64,000 nucleotides of DNA from an uncultured SAR86 cluster bacterium (lineage in GTDB: Bacteria; Pseudomonadota; Gammaproteobacteria; Magnimaribacterales; AG-339-G14), in contig CABZYK010000004.1 in NCBI GenBank assembly GCA_902529935.1, forward strand, positions 66,674-130,673, in the 5' to 3' direction. The position numbers were made by a program, and so were the translations under genes. Shown here one piece after another: positions 34,309 through 42,805 of the stretch (position 1 is its first letter; each line of letters opens with the position of its first letter). The notes under the pieces were generated by a model that was not told the origin of the DNA, did not search any database, and saw only the letters and a program-made list of their open reading frames with translations.

Positions 34309-36402
34309 TTGATATGGTCTAGTTTTCTGGACTCATCTATAGAAGATTACCTTTACTCTGATATTGGACCTACATCTAATATTCATGGTGAATTAGGTTT
34401 AATAAATATTCCTTCTGCAAGAATTTTAGACGAAGGTAACTTGAAACTTCATCTTGTTAATTCTGATCCTATTAACTCTCTTTTTATAACAGCAAATCCT
34501 TTTAATTGGATGGAAGTTTCATTGAGATATGCTGATATAAATACAATTAAATACAGCCAATTCAAGTCATTTTCTGGAGAGCAAACATATAAGGATAAAA
34601 GCTTTAATTTGAAAATAAACCTTATAAGAGAATCTGAAAGGTTTCCTGCACTAAGTTTAGGTTTTAGGGATTTTATTGGTACCGGTAAATTCTCTGGAGA
34701 GTACCTTGTGACTTCAAAAAAAGTTGGAGACTTTGATTTCACTGTTGGAATAGGTTGGGGATCTCTTGCTAGCAGGGGAGGCCTTGATAATCCATTTATA
34801 CAGCTGGATGAATCTTTTGAAATTAGATCTTCAGACTTTGGTAAAGGAGGAGAATTAGAGTTTGATAGGTGGTTCAGAGGAAAGAAAGCCTCTTCTTTTT
34901 ATGGTTTTGAATATATCAATAAATACTCAGGCTTGAGATTAAAAATTGATTATGACTCTTCCAACCCATTTAATTTTGAAAAAAAATCGGATTTCAGCTT
35001 TGGGATTTCCATACCTGCATCAAAATTTTTAGATATTAATCTTTTCCGCCACCGAGGCACTTCAATAGGCCTTGGTGTTTCCTATAAAGCTAATTACTCT
35101 AAAGAATTAATCAAAAAAAATGACCCAATAATACTTAACAGTTTTAATGATCAAGATAAATCATTACTTAAGAGCAACGATGATATTTTTTCTGGAACCA
35201 TAAACGTAATGTTGCAAAATTTCGGCATCTTTACTCAAAATATTTATCTAAAAGAGGATAGTCTTGAGATAGTTGTTGACCAAAACAGATATAGAAACCT
35301 TAATCTGGCTACAAAGAGATCAATCCAATCTGTCAGAGATATCTTAGAAACAAGAGATATCAATAAAATTCATATCACTTATCAAGTTTCCAACGTTAAC
35401 ATTGGCTCAGTTTCCTTTTCACTTAATAATTTCTTAGACTTTCTAGATAATTCATCTTCGGTTCCTGAACTGATGAAAAATTTAAATTATGAAAACTACT
35501 TCAATAAAGATGATTTTGATGAAATTTTTAAAGGTGAAATTGATTTTCCAATATATTTCGGAGGTATTAGACCTGAGATTAAAAACCACATTGGAGCCCC
35601 AGAAGCATTTTACTCGGGACAGTTAGGACTATTTGCTGGTGGAGGTGTGAAATTTAATAAAAGATCTGTTTTGGAAGGTACTTTGTCTTTAAGCCTTTTT
35701 GAAAATCTTGATCAGCTTAGATTAAGGTCTTTTTCTAGGTTGCCTAAGGTAAGATCTGATGTAAGAGAATACCTAAAAGAAGAGTATGCCATAAAGGATT
35801 TAACATATTCTTATATTTTTGATCCAACATATTCAAAAAATTCTCTATTCTTTGGTGGATTAAAGGTGGGTCTTTTTGAAGAAATGTTCGGAGGAATAGG
35901 GGGAGAAATACTTTATAGAGACATCAGTAAACCTTGGTATTTGACTGCAAACTATTATTGGGTAAAACAAAGAAAATTCAATCAGAGATTATCTTTTAGA
36001 AATTATGAAACATTTACTGGCCATCTAAACTTTATTTGGGATACTCCTATCTCTGGAGTGAAATTAATTCTTTCTGGCGGAAGGTATTTGGCTAAAGATT
36101 CTGGCCTCACAATGAACATGTCTAAAACATTTAAGACAGGATTTGTCTTAGGTTTTTATGCTACAAAAACTGATATATCTGCATTTGAGTTTGGAGAGGG
36201 TAGTTTTGATAAGGGCATCTATTTTTCTATACCATTAGATTTAGTCTCGAGAAATTATAGGAAAAACAATGCAAGGTTTGTATGGAAAAATTTAACAAGA
36301 GATGGAGGAGCTATGTTATCCGGAGGATTAGATCTTCAAGGATTTACTGAAAATACTTCGAGCTATTTTCTTGATTATTTTAGTGAAGGATTTAGTCAAT
36401 GA
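34309..36402 (+). CDS. yjbH: YjbH/GfcD-family outer-membrane protein (exopolysaccharide / group 4 capsule module)
   Basis: 697 aa and collinear with E. coli YjbH as I recall it. For example, SFSGEQTYKDKSFNLKINL...FIGTGKFSGEYLVTSKKVGDFDFTVGIGWG compares with AFSGDQTYKDKAFDLKLRL...[29 protein letters not shown]. The N-terminus as tracked (TTG 34309) lacks a full signal peptide. Confidence 0.9.
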   Translation: MIWSSFLDSSIEDYLYSDIGPTSNIHGELGLINIPSARILDEGNLKLHLVNSDPINSLFITANPFNWMEVSLRYADINTIKYSQFKSFSGEQTYKDKSFNLKINLIRESERFPALSLGFRDFIGTGKFSGEYLVTSKKVGDFDFTVGIGWGSLASRGGLDNPFIQLDESFEIRSSDFGKGGELEFDRWFRGKKASSFYGFEYINKYSGLRLKIDYDSSNPFNFEKKSDFSFGISIPASKFLDINLFRHRGTSIGLGVSYKANYSKELIKKNDPIILNSFNDQDKSLLKSNDDIFSGTINVMLQNFGIFTQNIYLKEDSLEIVVDQNRYRNLNLATKRSIQSVRDILETRDINKIHITYQVSNVNIGSVSFSLNNFLDFLDNSSSVPELMKNLNYENYFNKDDFDEIFKGEIDFPIYFGGIRPEIKNHIGAPEAFYSGQLGLFAGGGVKFNKRSVLEGTLSLSLFENLDQLRLRSFSRLPKVRSDVREYLKEEYAIKDLTYSYIFDPTYSKNSLFFGGLKVGLFEEMFGGIGGEILYRDISKPWYLTANYYWVKQRKFNQRLSFRNYETFTGHLNFIWDTPISGVKLILSGGRYLAKDSGLTMNMSKTFKTGFVLGFYATKTDISAFEFGEGSFDKGIYFSIPLDLVSRNYRKNNARFVWKNLTRDGGAMLSGGLDLQGFTENTSSYFLDYFSEGFSQ

Positions 36403-37049
36403 AAATGCAATTGTTCATATCTTTAATTTTGATAATATCTTTTCAAGGCTGTTCAGGCTCAAGTGTTTATAGGGAGTTGTTTGATAATTTTACAAATTTA
36501 CTTTCTACCCCAGAAGATATCAAAGAAGAGATCATAGATAAAATTCCTTATGATACGATGCAAGTAAGCATTGGTAGATCAGAAAATACTTTGATTGTTC
36601 TAGAGGAAGTAATTGGGGAGAGCCTTAAATGGACGTCTTCAAACTTAGTGAAGATCTATACTAAGAATGGTTTTATATACAGACTTACTGGCCTTGGAAA
36701 TGAATTAGAAAATATTGAACTTGATAAAAATCATCCTTTTGCAGAAAACAGTTTTCAGCATATTGATTTGTTAACTACTACATCATTTTATACTTTTGAT
36801 AACCCAAAGCTTTTTAGGCTTCCAATTAAATCAAGTATTTATTTCTTGAGAGATGAAATTATAGAAATACTTGGCAGAAAACTTAAAACAAAAGTCTACA
36901 AAGAAAGTGTAGAACAAAATCTCATTAATTGGAGCTTTGACAATTTATATTGGATTGATGAAAGAGGAAAGTTAATTAAATCTGTGCAACATGTAACCCC
37001 GAAACATCCTCCTGTGAAAACCCTGCATCACATAAAACAAAAAGCCTGA
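36399..37049 (+). CDS. yjbF: YjbF/GfcB-family lipoprotein
   Basis: 216 aa. Has a lipobox (LIISFQGC) and overlaps the yjbH stop (ATGA). Its size and the central pattern (IPYDTMQVSIG...LKWTSSN...TKNGFIYRLTGL) match the YjbF family as I recall it. Confidence 0.7.
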   Translation: MKMQLFISLILIISFQGCSGSSVYRELFDNFTNLLSTPEDIKEEIIDKIPYDTMQVSIGRSENTLIVLEEVIGESLKWTSSNLVKIYTKNGFIYRLTGLGNELENIELDKNHPFAENSFQHIDLLTTTSFYTFDNPKLFRLPIKSSIYFLRDEIIEILGRKLKTKVYKESVEQNLINWSFDNLYWIDERGKLIKSVQHVTPKHPPVKTLHHIKQKA

Positions 37050-37062
37050 AAACAGGCTTTTT
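37039..37062. terminator. bidirectional intrinsic terminator hairpin between the convergent yjbF-like and yjbE-like genes
   Basis: AAAAAGCCTG-aaaa-CAGGCTTTTT is a perfect 10-bp stem (GC core of 5 bp) flanked by an A-run and a T-run. It contains the yjbF-like TGA stop. Confidence 0.7.
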
Positions 37063-37084
37063 GAAATTAATCTACTAAAAGTAA

Positions 37085-37459
37085 TTAAGTAGAAGTAGCA
37101 GTACTTGTGCTTGTTGAAGTACTGGTACTTGTACTAGTAGATGTGCTTGTACTAGTTGTGGTTGAAGTGGTAGTTCCGGTTGAAGTGTCTTCTTCCTCAG
37201 TAGCTGTCTCTTCTTCAACTGCAGGAGGAGTTGCTGGAGGAGTTACTGGAGGTAGAGCTTCTGGTGCAGCTACTTTTTCTCCATCTTGTGCATCAACAAT
37301 GGCTGCTACGGCTAAAACAGCTGCGGCGATAGCTGCTATAACTCCACTGGATAATGCGCCTGCAGAACCAGCAGCACTTGATCCGCCTGCACTTTGGGTA
37401 AAACTCAATGGGCTTAAAGCTAGAGCTAAAGTTAGTAACAAAATTTTGATAGATTTCAT
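37085..37459 (-). CDS. Thr/Ser-rich secreted/membrane protein, YjbE/GfcA-like
   Basis: 124 aa. Signal peptide MKSIKILLLTLALALSPLSFTQS, Gly/Ser/Ala region, Ala-rich hydrophobic helix, Pro-rich spacer, acidic patch, then a 34-aa T/S tail (TSTGTTTSTTTSTSTSTSTSTSTSTSTSTATST). This architecture matches E. coli YjbE and Thr-rich GfcA as I recall them. Confidence 0.6.
   Translation of the reverse strand: MKSIKILLLTLALALSPLSFTQSAGGSSAAGSAGALSSGVIAAIAAAVLAVAAIVDAQDGEKVAAPEALPPVTPPATPPAVEEETATEEEDTSTGTTTSTTTSTSTSTSTSTSTSTSTSTATST
37088..37189 (-). repeat. imperfect trinucleotide/hexanucleotide low-complexity tract encoding the (Thr/Ser)n tail
   Basis: On the plus strand this reads agtagaagtagcagtacttgtgcttgttgaagtactggtacttgtactagtagatgtgcttgtactagttgtggttgaagtggtagt, a degenerate (AGT/ACT/TGT) reiteration. 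Confidence 0.6.
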
Positions 37460-37558
37460 AATTACCTCTAAATTTGTTGTCTGAACTTAGACATTTATTG
37501 CTAATAATATATATCTATTTAAGGATATGCAAAGCCTTTTAGTACTTTTTTTGATACA

Positions 37559-38596
37559 TTGAGCTCAAAAGAAAGAATGTTGCGATTTATTTTAAGGCTT
37601 TTCATTTCAATAATACTCTTAATTTATAGAAGACTTCCTCCCGAATTTTCAAAAAAATCTTCCTTAAAGCTTCTAAAATTTTCCTTCGATTATTTAAATT
37701 CTTTATTCTCCACCTATGCAGATAAAGAGAAATTAGAAGATGATAAGTTCCAATTAAATGGCCTTTCATTTAAAAACAACATAGGAATAGCTGCCGGGCT
37801 TGATAAAGAAGGAAAATATTTTTCTGCTTTAGGGTCGTTAGGGTTTGGATTTATTGAGGTGGGTACTTTTACACCCGAGGCTCAAGAAGGCAATAAAAGG
37901 CCTAGGATAAGGAGATTGAAAGATCAGTCAATCATAAATAGATTAGGATTTAATAATCCGGGGATAATTGAAGGCATAAAAAACATAAAGAAAAATATTC
38001 ATAATTTTGATGGTGTTCTTGGAGTAAGTATTGGTAAAAATAAAAATACCGAGCTAAAAAACGCTTACGAAGATTATATATTTTGTATGAATCAATCTTA
38101 TGAAGTAGCAGATTATCTAGCGATTAACATATCATCTCCAAATACAGAAGGATTAAGGGATCTTACAGCAAATGAATTTATCGAAAGATTGATCTGTGAA
38201 ATTAGTTCTGAAAAGAAAAAGCTTGAGGCTAAATTTAATAAAAGTGTTCCAATTTTTGTGAAAATATCCCCGGATGAAAACGATAGCTCATTATTAAACT
38301 TAATTCGAGTATGTGAAGAACAGGGAATTAATGGATTCATAATTTCAAATACTTATAAAGGAGAAGCGCTAGGAATGTCGGGAGGGATAAGTGGAAAAAT
38401 GCTTAAAGAAAAATCTTTAAATATGTTGAAAAAGGTAAACTCTTTAAGGAATAAAAATACAACTTTAATCTCTTCTGGAGGCATTTCTTCAAAAACTGAC
38501 GTTCAAGAAAGAATAAAACATGGGGCAGATCTAATACAAATCTATACAAGTTTTATTTACAAAGGCCCATTAATTATAGAAGAATTACTAAATTAG
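37559..38596 (+). CDS. pyrD: dihydroorotate dehydrogenase (quinone), class 2
   Basis: 345 aa (TTG start; an alternative ATG lies at 37577). Contains GLSFKNNIGIAAGLDKEG, GFIEVGTFTP, INRLGFNN and INISSPNTEGLR. Confidence 0.95.
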   Translation: MSSKERMLRFILRLFISIILLIYRRLPPEFSKKSSLKLLKFSFDYLNSLFSTYADKEKLEDDKFQLNGLSFKNNIGIAAGLDKEGKYFSALGSLGFGFIEVGTFTPEAQEGNKRPRIRRLKDQSIINRLGFNNPGIIEGIKNIKKNIHNFDGVLGVSIGKNKNTELKNAYEDYIFCMNQSYEVADYLAINISSPNTEGLRDLTANEFIERLICEISSEKKKLEAKFNKSVPIFVKISPDENDSSLLNLIRVCEEQGINGFIISNTYKGEALGMSGGISGKMLKEKSLNMLKKVNSLRNKNTTLISSGGISSKTDVQERIKHGADLIQIYTSFIYKGPLIIEELLN

Positions 38597-38635
38597 ATTG
38601 ACAAAAAATTCTTTTTTAAACAATACTAAAAAAGG

Positions 38636-41122
38636 ATGAAGAATTTAGTTATAGTTGAATCTCAAGCAAAAGCAAAAAAAATTCAAGGTTTTTTAGAAAA
38701 AGGATTTCCTGGAGATTCTTGGAAAGTTCATGCTTGTCTAGGACATGTCAGAGATCTTAAAGATGATGAATCTGCTGTAGATCCTAATGATTGGATCAAC
38801 TTAAAGTGGGAATCAACTTCGAAAGGGAAAAAAACACTTAAAGAAATTAGAGAGCTTTCAAAAGAATCTGGAGGCATATACCTTGCATCTGATCCAGATA
38901 GAGAAGGAGAGGCAATTGCATGGCACATACTAGATCATCTAAAAGATAAAAAACTAATTGAAGGCAGAAAAATTTATAGAATTTCTTTCAACGAGATAAC
39001 TTCTTCGGCTATAAAACAAGCTGTAGAAAATCCAAGAGATATTGATCAGTTTCTTGTTGAGGCTTACTTAGCAAGAAGGGTTCTAGATCATTTGATTGGA
39101 TTCAAAGTTAGCCCTTTACTATGGAGGCATGTTCCTAGAGCAAAATCAGCAGGAAGAGTTCAATCTCCTACTTTGAGAATGATTTGCGCTCGAGAAGATG
39201 AAATTGATGCTTTTTGTCCAGAGGAATTTTGGCCTATTAAGGTAGATTTCAAGGCTGAAGACTGTACTTTTGGCTCAGACCTCATAAAACATAAAGGAGA
39301 AGATCTAAAAAAAGTACCCATAACTACTGAGGTAGAGGCATTGAATCTTAAGCATGAGATAGAAAATTCAAATTTTACAATCAAAGAAATAAAAGAAAAG
39401 GAGGTTTCATATTCTCCTAAGGCTCCTTTTAGAACTTCTACTCTTCAACAGGCAGCATCAAGCAAATTATTTTTTAATCCAGAGAGGACAATGCAAGTTG
39501 CTCAATCATTATACGAGTCTGGCTTGATTACATACATGAGGACAGATGGGATTGGGATCAGCGCTGAGATTATTAATGAAATAAGAGGCTTAATTTCTAC
39601 TGAGTTTGGAGAGGATTATCTTCCAGATAGTCCAAAGATATATAAGTCAAAGGCTGCTAATGCTCAAGAAGCTCATGAACCAATAAGACCAACCGACATA
39701 AGAAATAAACCTGAAAATACTGATGGATTAAATCAAGATCAACAGAATTTATACAATTTAATTTGGCAAAGAACAGTAGCCAGTCAATTACAAAATTCAA
39801 AATATCTCAGAAAAACAATCCTAATTGAGGACCAAGACAAAAAGTTTCAACTAAGGACAAGTGGGAGAGAAATCATATTTGATGGTTTTGAGAGAGTATT
39901 GAAAGATGATGCTGATTCTGAGGAATCTCAAAAATTACAAGGAATCCATAACGATTCAGAATTAGGCATATCTGAGATTATCACTGAACAAAAATTTACT
40001 TCTCCGCCCAGAAGATTTTCTGAAGCATCATTGATTAAAAACATGGAAGATGAAGGTATTGGTAGACCCTCAACTTATGCAAATACTGTAAAAAATCTAA
40101 GAGACAGAAAATATACTTTTGGGGCAAAAAGTATTAATCCCTCTGACTTAGGAAGGATTCTGGTGTCTTATCTATCAAAGGCATATGAGTCATTTTTCAT
40201 AGAAATAGATTTTACAGCGGAACTCGAAAAAAGCTTGGATCAGGTATCCTCAGGTTCAATGCTTTGGACGGATGTCTTAGATGATTTTTATGCCAAACTA
40301 TTGGAACACATATCTAGAATTGAAGAATTTAGGACTAGAGAAGTTTTAGATATGCTCAATGAGCAAATTGGTCATAGGGCTTTTCCAAAAAATATTAAGG
40401 GCGAGGTTGTAGATAATTGTCCTAAATGTGCTAATGAAATAAGTATAAAACATGGCAGATGGGGTTTTTTTGTTGGATGTGGAGAATGCCAATGGACAAA
40501 GCCAGTATTTGAGAAATCAATTGAATTTGAGACGTATGCTCAGCTACCAAAAGATCTTGGTGCGCATCCTGATACTCATGAGCCTGTTTATGCAGATATA
40601 AGTATAAATGGTCCTTGCATATGGACATTAAAAGAGGATAAAAAGATTTTTGGCACTCCTGACGATGATGAAGATATTCTTAATATCGGACTTAATAGAG
40701 CACTAGAGCTGATTGATAGATCTAATAAAGAAAATGTGTTATTCGTTGAGCCAAATAGTGGCATTCCAGTGACCTTGAAGAATGGAAGATTTGGAGAGTA
40801 CACTGAATTCAATGGGTTTAACAAGGCTACTAAACTAAAAGGAAGAGTAACTTACGACCCCGATGCTTTCAACTATCAGGATGAAGGTGATCAAATCAAG
40901 GTTTTGAAATCTCTAAGAATTTTGGGTTTTGAAGAAGAATCTAAGATACCGATTGGAGTAAAAATTAAAAAATTGGGAAAAGCATTTAAATTCAAAAAAG
41001 TCTTCAAATTTGGCGAGGATGAATTTGAATGTCCAGATAACTTTTATAAGCTTGATGAGGACGAACAAAGAGAGTTAGTAATAGAAGCTATTAAGCCAAA
41101 GAAAATATTTTTTCTAAAATAA
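38636..41122 (+). CDS. topA: DNA topoisomerase I
   Basis: 828 aa. Toprim N-terminus (LVIVESQAKAKKIQ...DPDREGEAIAWH), active-site region LITYMRTDG, and a C-terminal zinc-ribbon CPKCANEISIK...GCGECQW. Confidence 0.95.
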   Translation: MKNLVIVESQAKAKKIQGFLEKGFPGDSWKVHACLGHVRDLKDDESAVDPNDWINLKWESTSKGKKTLKEIRELSKESGGIYLASDPDREGEAIAWHILDHLKDKKLIEGRKIYRISFNEITSSAIKQAVENPRDIDQFLVEAYLARRVLDHLIGFKVSPLLWRHVPRAKSAGRVQSPTLRMICAREDEIDAFCPEEFWPIKVDFKAEDCTFGSDLIKHKGEDLKKVPITTEVEALNLKHEIENSNFTIKEIKEKEVSYSPKAPFRTSTLQQAASSKLFFNPERTMQVAQSLYESGLITYMRTDGIGISAEIINEIRGLISTEFGEDYLPDSPKIYKSKAANAQEAHEPIRPTDIRNKPENTDGLNQDQQNLYNLIWQRTVASQLQNSKYLRKTILIEDQDKKFQLRTSGREIIFDGFERVLKDDADSEESQKLQGIHNDSELGISEIITEQKFTSPPRRFSEASLIKNMEDEGIGRPSTYANTVKNLRDRKYTFGAKSINPSDLGRILVSYLSKAYESFFIEIDFTAELEKSLDQVSSGSMLWTDVLDDFYAKLLEHISRIEEFRTREVLDMLNEQIGHRAFPKNIKGEVVDNCPKCANEISIKHGRWGFFVGCGECQWTKPVFEKSIEFETYAQLPKDLGAHPDTHEPVYADISINGPCIWTLKEDKKIFGTPDDDEDILNIGLNRALELIDRSNKENVLFVEPNSGIPVTLKNGRFGEYTEFNGFNKATKLKGRVTYDPDAFNYQDEGDQIKVLKSLRILGFEEESKIPIGVKIKKLGKAFKFKKVFKFGEDEFECPDNFYKLDEDEQRELVIEAIKPKKIFFLK

Positions 41123-41124
41123 TG

Positions 41125-41727
41125 CTAACTATAATTTCTTAGAACTCCAAGACATTTTCCTTCAATATCAAAGTTTTCAACTGAAGGATTAATTTCAATA
41201 TCTTTGTAGTTTTTATTTTCAGGCCTCAAAACAACTTTTCTTTTATCAAATTGAAAGAGAGTCTTTACTGTTACATCATCATTTATCCTAGCAACAACAA
41301 TATCGCCAGGTTTAACGTCTTTCCTTTTATTTATTGCAATAAGATCGCCCTCAACAATGCCTACTTCACTCATGCTATCGCCTTTAACTCTCAAAAAATA
41401 GTCAACAGAATCAGAAAAGATATTACCGTTAAATTCAATTCTTTCTTCAACGTTTTCAACAGCTAACAAAGGAGAACCTGCCGCAACAGAACCAACTATG
41501 GGAATTCCTAGAAAGGATTTACTTATAGATATCCCTCGGGAAGTGCCACCGTGAAGATCAATATACCCCTTTTTATCAAGCGCCTTCAGATGCTCTTCAG
41601 CTGAATTGGCTGATTTGAAGCCAAATTTCAAAGCTATTTCTTTTCTTGTTGGAGGCATACCTTCATTAGAAATTACCTCTGAGATAAAGGTTAAAATTTC
41701 AGATTGTCTCTTTGTTAAGTTTTTCAT
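41125..41727 (-). CDS. lexA: LexA repressor
   Basis: 200 aa. wHTH N-domain, Ala-Gly cleavage region GSVAAGSPLLA, and S24 catalytic Ser (VKGDSM) and Lys (DVTVKTL). Confidence 0.95.
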   Translation of the reverse strand: MKNLTKRQSEILTFISEVISNEGMPPTRKEIALKFGFKSANSAEEHLKALDKKGYIDLHGGTSRGISISKSFLGIPIVGSVAAGSPLLAVENVEERIEFNGNIFSDSVDYFLRVKGDSMSEVGIVEGDLIAINKRKDVKPGDIVVARINDDVTVKTLFQFDKRKVVLRPENKNYKDIEINPSVENFDIEGKCLGVLRNYS

Positions 41728-41746
41728 ACTGTGTATTTATACAGTA
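41727..41746 (-). promoter_or_regulatory. SOS box (LexA operator) abutting the lexA start codon
   Basis: On the minus strand this reads TACTGTATAAATACACAGTA, matching the gammaproteobacterial consensus TACTGT-N8-ACAGTA perfectly. Its last base is the A of the lexA ATG. Confidence 0.85.
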
Positions 41747-41829
41747 TAAATTGGAAAAAACCAAAAAACTATATATAATTTTTCGTCGAATTTACTTTTT
41801 TTTATAATTTTAGGTTATATAATAAATAC

Positions 41830-42804
41830 ATGAAATTTCAACAATTACTGTATGTACGTGAAGTTGCTAGAAGTAATTTAAATGTTTCTCAGGCTTCAAA
41901 AAATCTATATACCTCGCAACCTGGAATAAGCAAGCAAATAAAATTGCTTGAAGAAGAATTAGGAATTGAGTTATTTGAGAGATCCGGAAAGCATTTGGTT
42001 GCCATAACTCCCATTGGCAAAAGAATACTTGAACAGATTGAAGAAATCCTTGCTCTTGTAGATGGAATAAAACACGCTGCCACAGAGTTTTCTAACGAGG
42101 ATTATGGTTCTTTGGCTATTGCAACAACTCATACTCAAGCTAAATTTACCCTGCCACCTGTGGTAGATAAATTTGTTAAAAAATATCCCAATGTCTCATT
42201 TCAAATGAATCAATGCACTCCAGATGAATCAGTAGAGATGGCAGCAAAAGGCGAAGTAGATTTAGCAATTTGGACAGAAACATCTGAAAAAGGTGAAACA
42301 TTAATTAAACTTCCTGCCTACAAATGGTCTAGAAGTTTAATAGTGCCCAAAGGTCATCCTCTTGCTGAAGTAACCAAACCAAAACTTAAACATTTAGCTG
42401 AATTTCCCATAGTTACATATGTTTTTGGATTTACAGGTAGCAATGACCTGGATAGAGCTTTTTTTGAAAGAGGATTGAAAGCAAATGTAGTCTTTACAGC
42501 TACGGATGCTGATGTAATCAAGACATACGTAAAACAAGGAATTGGAGTTGGAATTATTGCCTCTATGGCTTTTAACGATAAAGAAGACAAAGACCTTGTA
42601 GCAATTAATGCTAATCACTTGTTTGATTCAGGTACTACTTACATTGGCTTTAGAAGAGGCACGTATCTCAGGAGTCATTTGTATGAGTTTATTCAGATGT
42701 TTGCTCCTCATCTTAAAACAGAATTAATTGCAAAAGCTTGCGCAACCAAATCAAAAAAGGAATTAGACAAGATATTCGAATCCATAAAACTTATCAGGAG
42801 ATAA
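41830..42804 (+). CDS. cysB: LysR-family transcriptional regulator, CysB-like
   Basis: 324 aa. The N-terminus [56 protein letters not shown] is very close to E. coli CysB as I recall it ([49 protein letters not shown]). Adjacency to thrH echoes the P. aeruginosa cysB-thrH neighbourhood. Confidence 0.8.
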   Translation: [324 protein letters not shown]

Positions 42805-42805
42805 T

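Noticed and set aside
37107-37484. 125-aa plus-strand ORF (Val/Ala-rich) opposite the YjbE-like gene
   Set aside because: It is a mirror ORF produced by the stop-poor low-complexity Ala/Thr/Ser coding repeat. The minus-strand product has a proper signal peptide, matches the YjbE/GfcA architecture and fits the Yjb gene context.
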